Position numbers and translations under genes: made by a program. A stretch of 64,000 bases of DNA from Sarea resinae (lineage: Eukaryota): the NCBI GenBank assembly GCA_026026165.1, contig JAPEUD010000009.1, positions 310,001-374,000 of the forward strand, read 5' to 3'. Below the pieces are notes generated by a model. It saw only the letters and a list, made by a program, of their open reading frames with translations, was not told the origin of the DNA and did no database searches. This document shows, one piece after another, positions 26,238 to 42,938 of this stretch (within the stretch, counting starts at the first letter, position 1; each line of letters starts with the position of its first letter).

Positions 26238-26811
26238 GACTCCTCAATTGAAAGCGATTGCTATCGTACGTCGTTGGTCAGGGTCGAAGCCATGAATACT
26301 TATAGGTACAGACAGAATCCTGTATCTTGTGGTTTCACAGACGTGTGAAGGGAAATATTGTGGGTGGGGGAGCTGGGAGCTGGGAGCTTGGAGCTTGGGC
26401 GGAAATTCCCGAGCATCTCAGCGTCACGACTCCAGGATTTGGCTCCCCGTACCCCCCCGTGTTGATTACGGCACCACTGTAGCCCTTAGAGGAAGTATCG
26501 TCGATCGAGATGATTTGCAGTCGGATTTGATGGCTGATTCATATCCATCGCGTTCAGACTTTGTGAGTTTATATTGTCTTCTATTCTGCTACAATCGATA
26601 CGAGACTCTAGAAACATAGATCCATCATTCTGTTGAACATCCAAGGCTACAGCCGAGCGGCTTTCACTGAAGCGAATCAACAACGTCAATATCTCATAAT
26701 TCCATCTCACTTTCTCTTTATACAAGTACTAATTCTGATGCTCATCCAGCTTCATTCTTGTCCTGCGCTTCGTTTATCAGCCTTGCTTATCATTATCTCT
26801 CTCGTCGCACA

Positions 26812-28171
26812 ATGAGGATCGCAATCCTTCAATTCCGCCCCTTGTTGGGCAAAGTCGCTCAGAACATCGAGAGAGCGGAGGCCATTTTACAGAGGAATAC
26901 ACCGTCATCTCTCGACCTACTAGTCCTACCGGAGATGGCATTTACTGGTGAGAACCCATCTTGTGCCATATGTCAAGCAAATACGCTCATATTCAAGTTG
27001 AAGAAAGATCCCCCTTCTCATTCGTTGTATCAAACTTCTTTATGTTTTGTTCCAGATTTACGCTTTCATTCTCATTATCATGCGCTAGTTAGCATCTGGT
27101 TTACGAATCTTTGATTTCCCATCTCCCTGTTGTCAAACCTAATCCAATCCTAACCGCTCACCCATAGGATACACTTTCCCCTCCCTCCCCTCGATTACAC
27201 CTTTTCTGGAACCCACCACCTCTGGCCCCAGCACCACCTGGGCAATGTCAACCGCGCGCCGCCTCAAATGCCACGTCACAGTCGGCTATCCCGAGAAGAC
27301 CGCCCCACAAGCACCCACGGAGTCAACACCCGTCCGACGCTTCAACTCCGCCGTCACCGTTTCTCCTGATGGCACAATCCTAGCCAACTATCGCAAATCA
27401 TTCCTCTACTCAACGGATGAGTCGTGGGCCGAAGAAGGGGATGCCGGGTTCTTTAGCGGCGAGCTGGGCACGCTGGGAAAGGCCGTTATGGGAATCTGTG
27501 AGTCCGCATCCTTCATCGGCCCCCTTTTCTTGATTCACAACGGAAGAGTGTGTTCTTCAAGCGCGCCGTCAACTTCGTGGGAAACAGATACTAGCACCAT
27601 GGCTGATATGGAGATAAAGGCATGGACCTGAACCCGTACCAAGACCTCGCCCCCTGGACCAAATACGAATTCGCCAACCACGCCCTCTCGCCGCCCTCTC
27701 CGCTCATCATTGTCTCCATGGCCTGGCTGACACGCCTAGAACCCTCGGCTCTTACTTCGGAACCAACCGCGCCGGACATGGACACGTTCTCCTACTGGCT
27801 GTCACGCTTGCAACCTTTAGTTGACGCCAAGAGCGACCAGGAAGTAGTGGTGGTATTCGGCAACCGCTGCGGTCAGGAAGGCCCAGTATGTTTCGCAGGT
27901 ACAAGTGCGGTACTGGGGATCAAGGCTGGAGAAATAAAGGTGTATGATATACTCGGTAGAGACGAGGAGGGGATTTTGATCGTCGATACGACTGAGGTAC
28001 TATAACCATTCGTTTTGTCCTCTGTTTCCTTTTTCTTTGCTTTCTTTCACATCACGTTGCTGTTCTGAGACTTTTCTGTGCTATTTACAAATATATGCAA
28101 GGGGAACAGGCAATCTCATTGCTAATATCCTTTCACTTATGCAGTCACCGAAATATACTCTTCGACGCTGA
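26812..28171 (+). CDS. nta1: Protein N-terminal Asn/Gln amidase (nitrilase superfamily); 4 exons (26812-26947, 27168-27497, 27620-27996, 28145-28171), 289 aa
   Basis: MRIAILQF, LLVLPEMAFTGY (catalytic E), NYRKSFLY (K), GICMDLNPY (C), SMAWLT and NRCGQE. The last exon is less certain. Confidence 0.88.
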
Positions 28172-28483
28172 AGGCCCACATCAGCACCACCACCACCACG
28201 CATAGCAAATTCACCGTCTTCTCGTTGGACCGCAAATGACACCATATACTTTTTTTTGAAGAGAAAGAGCTACGATATAAGCAGTACTCGCCACTACCAC
28301 ATCTCCACCAGGACGACGAGCACACACCACAACATCATCAGAGCCCCCAAACCACTTTGCTTCCCCCGACACCTCCTCGAGCAGGAACAAACTAAGCTCC
28401 GAAACACCCCGACCCTCTTTTTCTGAACAAACAGAACGAGAAAACAGTGCGCGCGTTCCTCTCCACCACACATACACACAAAC

Positions 28484-28520
28484 ACAGTACAGTACAGTAC
28501 AGTACAGTACAGTACAGTAC
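28484..28520. repeat. (ACAGT)7 pentanucleotide microsatellite
   Basis: Seen directly, between the convergent nta1 and cbf1 3' ends. Confidence 0.95.
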
Positions 28521-29165
28521 GGTGCTACACAGTTAAATAGTCTCATCCATCATCCATCATCCATCACACATCACACATCACCCAAATCTCATCGTACAAT
28601 GTCAATTCTCACGAAAGGTATCCCACGATCATATCTATAGGAAAGCTATCGAGAAGGCCGATTTTCAGATCCTCTTGACTTATTCATTTATTCATTTCAT
28701 ACCAGTCGTGAATGTCTTGGCGGGAAAAGGGGGGGAGGGCCCAGAACTTCCCGATTGCTTTGTGCTGTGCTGTGTTGCGCTGAGCTGTGCAGCCTGAATG
28801 TAAATCGATTGCCACAGGTTGGTATCAGCTCGCTCGCAACCGTCTTGCATCCATAGCGTTGCCGCATGCATGCGATCAGGACCCGGAAGCCAGAGAACCA
28901 GAGAACCAGAGAAACCAGCGTGACTGAGAAAGGGCGATTAGAAAGACGAACGAACTGGCGTAAGAGAGACATAGAGAGGGTCCCCCACATTCGCCAGGGC
29001 AAAGGCTCCGAGGGGAATCCGAAGCAAGATGGTGAATCAAAATGAAATGCATATATCTTTGAAACAGAAGAACAAGGGTGGAAAAAGCGATCAATACCCC
29101 TCGCCCCGGCCCACCCGTGTCCCGCAATCCATCCATCCCATAGAAAAAAGCAAAAACGCCCACGC

Positions 29166-30328
29166 TTAATTATCTTCCCCTCCACCGCCACCACTGCTAT
29201 CCCTCCCTCCCGACCCGACCCCAGAAGAAACGCCCTCGTGATCATCGCCTCTCTTCGGCGCCGTGATTCCCGCGCTCATAGCAGTTTTCTTCCACATCTC
29301 GGCCTCGCGCCACGCGCGCTCACACTCATTCTTCAACTTGTCGACGCTGGCGCTCAGCTCTGAGATGGCCTGCTCCGTAAGCAGTTTCTCCAGCGTCCAC
29401 TTTTCAATGTTCTGCGACTCGTTCTCCTTGAGCTGCGTGATGAAACGGACGGCCCTCTGCAGGATCGAGCCTTTATTCTTCTCGCACCCCGGCACGATCT
29501 TGGCCAGTTCGTTTATACCTTCGTTGATGGTTTCGCGGCGGCGCCGTTCGACTAGATGCGCGAAAACATGTTAGCGGGTCGCGAGTGGGGTGTCGGATAT
29601 AAAAATGTGTTTGAGGAAAGCTTACCTTCTTTATGATTGTCTCGCCGGACCTTGTGCCACTCTTCGGAGCCGACGGCCGGTTTCTGTCCAGGTAGAGCGC
29701 CAGCGGAAGGTTCTCTTACGTGTTGCTGCTGTTGGCTTGCTTCCCGTAGTAGATCCAGGTTGAAGTGGGTTTCCCCTTCGTGCTCCATGGAAAACGAATG
29801 GTCTCCATCGGCGCCAGAGCCGCTGCTTGCAAACGAGATCTCGGTAGCTTGCGGTACTGTCATGGAAGGATAGATCCCAGCGAGTGCGGCGGCGGCTGTT
29901 TGCGAGGGATCGGCATGGTGGTGGTGATGACCGCCGTTTTGATGGTCGGACAGGTCGTGGGAATGGTGATGGGTCAACGCACTGAAATCGAGAGAGGCGT
30001 TCGAATGGTGCATATCGTCGTCCCCGCTGCCGCTGGATGCGTTGTGGGCGGAGAGGAACGAAGCTGCCGACGGATCGCCCAAGTCGGTCGAGTTGTTGCC
30101 TTCGCTGTCATGTGGGGGTGGGGGTGGTAAGGCGGCCATACTCTTTGGCGACGAGCGCTTAAAGGTGGAATTTCGTGAAGTCCCGTCGTGATCAGAGGGA
30201 TCGCGCTTGCGCTTATGTGCTGCGGAGGAGGGGTTGGTTGACTTGTTGTCGTTAAAAGGCGATGTCTCTCGGTTCGCTTCCTCTTCCTGCAGTGAAGAGT
30301 CTGCGGCAAACTCTGGTTGGTCAGGCAT
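29166..30328 (-). CDS. cbf1: bHLH-leucine zipper transcription factor, Cbf1-like; 2 coding exons (30328-29626, 29551-29166), 362 aa
   Basis: KPAVGSEEWHKVRRDNHKEVERRRRETINEGINELAKIVPGCEKNKGSILQRAV...NIEKWTLEKLLTEQAISEL. Confidence 0.9.
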
Positions 30329-33300
30329 CGTGAAGGAGATGTGAGATTGTGCCTGTTCGGTCAAGTCGTTGCGTAGCGAGCTGCGATTCGGGGATGGGTG
30401 AGGCCAGGCTATAAGTGGCCGACAAATGGATGAATGGTTTCGTGGATGCAATAATGAAATGTCGCACCATCAACGCACAGTCGTGAAGGTATGGAGGCCG
30501 TATGGACTGCTGCGCACGGCCGCAGATAACCTCAAACGAAGGGATGCCTTCAATCCCCGAATACCAGACGAACTGCTTTGCGGTGATGTGTTCCCTGCTC
30601 CTGAAAGCCTTACCCCTTGAGCCTACCAGCCTACTCTCCACACCAAACGTGTGACGACCAAGGGTAGTAACGTGGAGAGCGCGCGACCCGCACTGAGTCT
30701 TCCTGCTCGCTCCCTGCTCGCGCCTTGCTTGCTTCGAGATGCGGCGAACGGGAGTGCCCCGCTGCAGATCGATGGCGACCCAAAGCGCTCTTCAGTCAGC
30801 GACCGTTGTCATCTACAAAACAATGTTAAGCTCGCCGTCAGCACGTGTCCAATGTCCAACGCAAAAGTGTCACGAGAATGCAGACAAGCGTGTTGCTCAA
30901 CGCAATCGGCTCATCCCAGGCTGGCGGTAGTCTGTTCTGCGCCCACCCCATGTGTGGTGGCAACGTCCCATCGACTTTCGTCAGACATCAACTGGCGAAC
31001 GCTTTTCCCCGCCGTCGCTGCGATGGGACAGCGAAAGCGTTGGCTCGCGCGGTCCACGAAGCAACGACGGATGCTCTAGGCCCGGAAAGGGCAGACATGG
31101 CAGAGACGCAATCGCCTTGCGAATTCAAGGAGATGGGCAGAACAGATGCGTGCCATGATCACGTTGATATCACCTCAGCGAATGTTGACGCGGCGGCTGT
31201 CGCATTGGACGGACGTGCAGAGAGAAAGCGACGGGAGAGCCAAAGCAGACGAGGATAAAAAGATTGCATTATTGCGCAAACAGTTCACTGGTCGTGCTCA
31301 CCTATTGGGTACCCAGACAGACGCAGTCCAGTTCCCTTCTTCGATAGGAGCGCTGCTGGTCACGAGAAACTCGGTAGTCGATAAGCGGATCAAGCCGCCA
31401 ATGTTGTTGTGGTGCCGGAGGGAAACGCGATGGACGAGGGACGATGGACGGTCGGTGAGATTATTCACGACTTCTCTATGATGCTGAAGAGAGGCAAGGA
31501 GGATCAAGAATCAAGGCGATCCCCATGAAGGGGAAAAAGATTCAGATACGATGGGCGCAGCAATAAGAAGATCAACAATCAAGCTCTCGAAAGGCCGATA
31601 TGATAAATATCCCATCGGCGGCGTGATTCGAGTCACGGGGCTGAGCTTGAGGTAGGCGAAGGTTGGGTGGGCGGGCGGTGGAGGTCATATGATGTGGGAG
31701 CGAGAGGAGGGAGGGAGAGGAGAGGGAGGTGGAGGAAGGGGAAGGGGGAGGGAGGAAGACGAAGTTCTGCTACTAGTACGAATACCGGTAGGTACCTTAC
31801 TAGGTATTCTTGCACGGAATAGAGTACGAAGGTACCTACTTCAGTACTGCGTCCGGCGGGGGAGGGGGGAGGGGGGGGTGGTGGGCGAGACCGCTGGACC
31901 GCTGGACCGCTGGGCGCCCCGTTCGAGATCATCCGAGATCAGCGTCAAGCTAACCCTCCAGGATGGCCCACGGATGCTGGATGCCCCCAGGGCTGGGCTG
32001 GGAAGCGATCGGAAACGGAGCTCCAAGTCTCCTACCTTACCAAGGACGTGCCTCTTGCTTGTTTGCCCGGGTGTTTGCTTGCTCGAGATTTCTGACTCCC
32101 CTGCTGATTGATATGAACTGAACGTCCACGATATGGATACGGAGTGCTCTCGACTCTACCTCGAGCACGAAGTACGAAGTACAGAGTACTCTACCTACCT
32201 ACTTTGTCCCCCTGGGACCGCCTTTGTGAGGAAGGTATACGCGAACCGTCCAGTATCCGGTACCTGACCTGACTGTCCGTGATGTTTGCAGCGCTCTTGA
32301 GAGCGTTGAACGGCAAGCCCAAGTTGAAGAAAGGAAATCGGAAATGTATTGTCTTGCTGATCATGTTCGAAGCATCAGCAGCGCTCTGGTGATATCTTGT
32401 GTATATGTTGTGGACGGCGTTGCTTGCTCCCTGCGCCGATGGAGAGCTACTTCGTCTCCGATAGAGCTCGAGGTGATCTTATCGGAGAAGAGACTCTCCA
32501 TCAACTCACAACAGAACATTTGCTCGGCTGGGAATATTCTGGATCGATGAGATCGCATCAATGCCCGAGTGCCGACTGAAACATCCACATTCGGGTCGTT
32601 GCATGCCAAAAGGTCACACTGTCATGGACCCCTACGCCTGATCACCATCGTCTACTAGGTATGCTCATGCATGACCGTTTCCTGGCCAGGCATCCATGGG
32701 TAGGTATTTTATGCTAAAAGAACCGATACGCACTGACACAAAAGATGCGCTCGACGGGGTCGCCAAACATCGCACAACCTCTGACCGCGCATGTGTCTGC
32801 AGTCTCACCAAAGAGCGGTGATGGAGCCTTGAAGAGCGCTTCGACTTCGCTCTGTGAGGAGGTAGGAAAGAGCAGCCTGGCCGTGCAAGAAGAGATGAAT
32901 CCAATGAGATAAGATCAGCAAGGCTGAGGGATATGACACACGTGATACTGGACTGATGGCCATACGAGTACGTCAGTACGCAGTACTACTCAGGTATCCA
33001 TGTACTCGAATGCCCCCACGTGCTCTGATCCAGGCTCCAGCTCGACGAGGAAAAGAAGTGCAAATCCTGGATGGATCCAATGCTCCAGCTGTGAGAGCTG
33101 TGAGCAAATCTTCTTCGACGGGCAGTATCGTGCAAAGTACAAACAGCATTCGACTCTCACACTCAATGGATTGATACTTTGGTCGTCCGCAAGGACGCGC
33201 AGGTGATGCGTACAGATGGAGCCAATGTACGAGGCTCGGGCTTACCACTTACCGCCAGACTGACTAATCCCCTCTCTCGAACCGCCGGTTGGCTTCAGTC

Positions 33301-34007
33301 CGTCACCCAAGGCACTCGAGTCCCCCCAATGTAGGTACCGATATCAACATCTGAGATCTGGAGTCGGAGAGTATTCCAGCAGGGATAGTAGGAAGTGCTT
33401 CGGAGGTAGTGACAGGTTGCAAATCAGATGGCCGAAGAGATCAATAGATATAGACTTCAAAATACTGTGCCTCTGATATCCATTCTACATGAAACCGCTT
33501 TTGCAAGTTATTTTCTCCATCATTGTTCATATCTGGCAGGGTACTCCGGAGTATCAATTCCTCGAGATCTCGTCGATCTGCAATGTCTCCTGAAGTCACT
33601 GAGGACAATCACTCATTCTCCAACGAGAGAAAGGACTAGAAAATACATCCATGATGATGGTAAATGCTGGGGGTTCTGTAGACTTGAACTCATATTACAA
33701 TAAACTCCCTTGATACCGGATAGCATCCATATTGATCGTGCAGCTCCGTAAATCGTCAAGGTATCGAAGTCGATACTGTACTCTACTCCGTATCGTACTA
33801 AAAAGTCGGCTCGTCATCGTCGTCAATTGCTGCCTTGAGGTGTTGATCGGCAATTTCAGCCGAGCTTTTATCTCGGAGCGCTGCCGCTCATTCGACCTTC
33901 TGCAACCACCGTTTCGAAGTTCTCGTACTCTTTCTTCCACACAACATTGCCTCGACCTCGTTGTTCTGCAAGGAACGACATTCGGGACAAGGAGCTCATT
34001 CTAAGAG

Positions 34008-39633
<5,626 letters not shown>

Positions 39634-42600
39634 GGGTGAAAAATCTTTTATGTATGGGGTTTGGGGCTGGAGACTTCCAACGTTGATCTTTCCCCGTCTG
39701 CTAGCTGCGGCGACATGGGGTCGTGACTTGGCCACGGCGCATTAACGATGTTGTGTATGTACTGTATAAAGCGTGCGGATACGTATGGTGGCGGCAAAAA
39801 GGAAATGGGGTAAAAAAAAGCAGATGCGCACCAAGAGAGAGATTATATTCCTTCATGATTTCCCCCCTTTGTCATTAACATCATCATCATTATCATCATC
39901 TTCGGCGATCACCTGCAGGTATTTGCGTTATTGGCCTGAAGTATTTTGTTGCCGATGTTTGGTATGGACCAAAACCTGCTCGCGGATCTTCGTCTCGGGC
40001 TTTTACCCGCCTTGAAAACAAATTGAGATTAGATATGCAGCAGCAAGCAACAGTAACAGTAGCATGTGCCGCCTAAGCATGACTGAAGATCTCTCTTTAC
40101 GGGGTACTCCAACGTACCGTACAGTAGCTGTCATCACGCAGATCAAAGAGAAGGCAGGCAGCTCGAAGCATCTAAGAATGCCATCATCAGACTACTGCAC
40201 GACGGTCCAACGCCCCGACGAACAAAAGGCTTAACCTAGCCAGCTGCGTACGGCGTTGCTGCCGCCCACTGGACATGAATGAGAGTGATAACATCGGTTA
40301 TTCTGAAGAACATCGGACGCGCAGCTCTATCCCGAGAACCTTGCCAATGTGCCGTCCATGGATGTGTTCCCGCCGCCGTCGTGACGCGGGATGCCGCGGC
40401 CAGCGGCATTAGGTATTCGGGCCGGCGCACTAAGCAGGGAGGGGGGGGGGGAGGGGAAGGGGGCCTAAGTCGAGGGCCGAGTCGGTTCTGACGGGAGGAG
40501 ATCGATCCTTGAGGGTTGGAGCTTGATTGAAATGGGAAAAGGGCTTGGCCTTTGATGTTTCGACAGCCGCAGTAATGCAATCCTAGCTATGCGAGTACCT
40601 TACGTATAGTAGGAGCAATAATCATACTCAGTACATAGAGTACTCTGTACTCTACTGTCCGTCGTCACCTTGTGCAGAAGTAGGTATGTAATTTCACTAG
40701 GAGGCGCACGACACCGACACGCCTGCAGCGCAGTGCAGTGCAGTTTAGTGCGTGCATTGGTGCGATCGCCAAGCCCTTGCAAGCGGACCTACATGTCAGG
40801 TACTTGGTAAGGTACTCCAGATATAGGTCCCTCGGCTATGGGAAGAGGGATCCATCCATCCATCGTTGATCGATGCGTTTAATCGCCTGCGTGCCCGCTT
40901 ACCTTAGGGTCCGCACGGTACGTACGGCTGTCACGCTTACGGTGGAGAAGGTAGGGCTGCACATCGCAGCGAGAATGACAGGGAGCTTAGGCCAGGTCGA
41001 GTTAGGTTGATGATGGGCCGCGCGCGCCCACTGCGGGAGGGGAAGCGGGATCCGTCTCCCGGTCGCCTAGCTTCCATGATCTGGCTCGTCGTCTCTCTCA
41101 CGTCGTCAGGTCTTGTCTGTCGTCTAGAACGCTGGCTGGCTGGCTGGATGTGGCGGATGGTGGTGGCGGTGGGGGGTAATTGCCGCACCACCACGACATA
41201 GGTGCGAGTGCGGGATAGGAGGGTGGAAGTGGGAGTATAGGCGTTTGTCTGTTATGATTGTAGCTATATTGTTTCTGCTGCACAGTCAATGAGACTCTGT
41301 TTCGTCTCAAATAGTATTGTATTGTAACGGCATTGAAGAATATAATAGAGGATCAAATAGTATTATATTTATTCAAATAGTATATGATACTATCAAATGG
41401 TACTGCAACTATTATGGTTGGAATAGAAGAGTATCATACTATTTCATAGATCTTATCTTTCTACTGACAAAGACAGTCTGCAAGCATGATAGACCTCCCT
41501 AACAATAGCTGAGATGATCTGACAGGATCCGAGAGGAATCCTGTGAAAAATTTTCTCTCTCATCCAGGTGTTCTCTTTCTCTGCCTGCAGTCCGACGCAA
41601 TACTCACGAGCACCGTTCCTGTTTCTCCTATGCGATTGTGCCTGAAAGACCAACCCCTTGCCATACCTTCCTTACCGTACTGGACAGGACCCAATGGAAA
41701 TAACCGCGCCTAGATCGGCGGGCCCGAACCCTCTTTTCTTTTAAGTTTGCTCCGACCAGGCTTCAAGCTCCTTAGTCTCGTCCGCGGCACGACGGAAGAC
41801 AAATCGCCAAGGAAGCTTATTGATCCCACTCTGCCCTGCGGAGACCTTGCTTACCTTACATACTAATGCTTCGGAACCTCAGGAGATGGCCGAATTGGGA
41901 TTGTACGTACAAGGGCGAATAAGATCGACGGGACCGCACTGGCTGAAGGGCTGGCTGGACCCTTTCAGGGTACGTGCATGGTAAAACCGCCTTGCCTTCA
42001 TAGGTTTAGGGGACTTCTCATGTACCAGGCTTGTCAAGTACCAGGGTTGCGGGTGCTAGTAAGTCCAACAGCCACTGCCGCTGATGGCATTTCACCAAGA
42101 AAGATTGTTTGCTGGCTGGCTGGCTGGCTGGTTGGGAGCCATCCGAGAGATGGAATATAGGGAGATGGGATGGGAAAGATGGTCCCGAAAGCGTGGGGGA
42201 GACGGGGAGTTGTGGGGGCCCGCATTCTGGTTTCACCATTTGCGGCACCGAGCATGGGCAAACGAAGCCTTAGGTGTGGGCATGGGAAAATCTCCGGACC
42301 TCCTTCGTACTTCGTTGACATCACGGCGTTGGTACTCGTAGTAGCCCAGCATAGAGGGTGGGCAAACAGAAAAGGGCATAGGAAGGCAAGGGAAGGTACG
42401 AAGTACACTCCGTAATGATGATTTGGCTAAACTGATGGATAGCACAGGTGGTAAGCGAAGGGAGCTAGGGCCGCACCGCTGCCGCGTGGAAGTGGGTTGG
42501 CGGGTCTAATTTAAGAGATGGAGGAAAGATAGTGGCTGAGAAATTGGCTGGGGTCAGGTCTGTTCCAAGTTGTTTTAGGTCATCTAAGACTTGTTTCGTC

Positions 42601-42903
42601 TCTCGGGGCATCCAATGATCATGCCTACCTTACTCTGCTTTAAGCGGTCCACGGCGATGCGGTCAGGTACCCTCTTTTCATCCATGGGAGAGTGCGCGGA
42701 TCTCTGTCTTGGGTTTAGTCGAGTCGGCCGGCCTGGAGGGATCTAAGGTACGCCTGGAGCTAGCGGGCTGTCCTTATCTGACCCTGAATCTAGGGAAGCT
42801 ACAATCGAAGATCTACGGATCCTACCTACCTGAGCTGTGGGTACAGTACCTAGGTATTTCGTACATTGTTGACTTTGCACGGCACGGTCATTCATTCCCC
42901 GAT

Positions 42904-42938
42904 GCTGCTGCTGCCGCTGCTGCTGCTGCTGCTGCTGC
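42904..42938. repeat. (GCT)n trinucleotide microsatellite, one interruption
   Basis: Seen directly; intergenic. Confidence 0.9.

Noticed and set aside
26948..27167. Possible poison exon in the 220-nt nta1 intron (TTCCAG...GTTAGC)
   Set aside because: No branch point before the AG and a weak donor.
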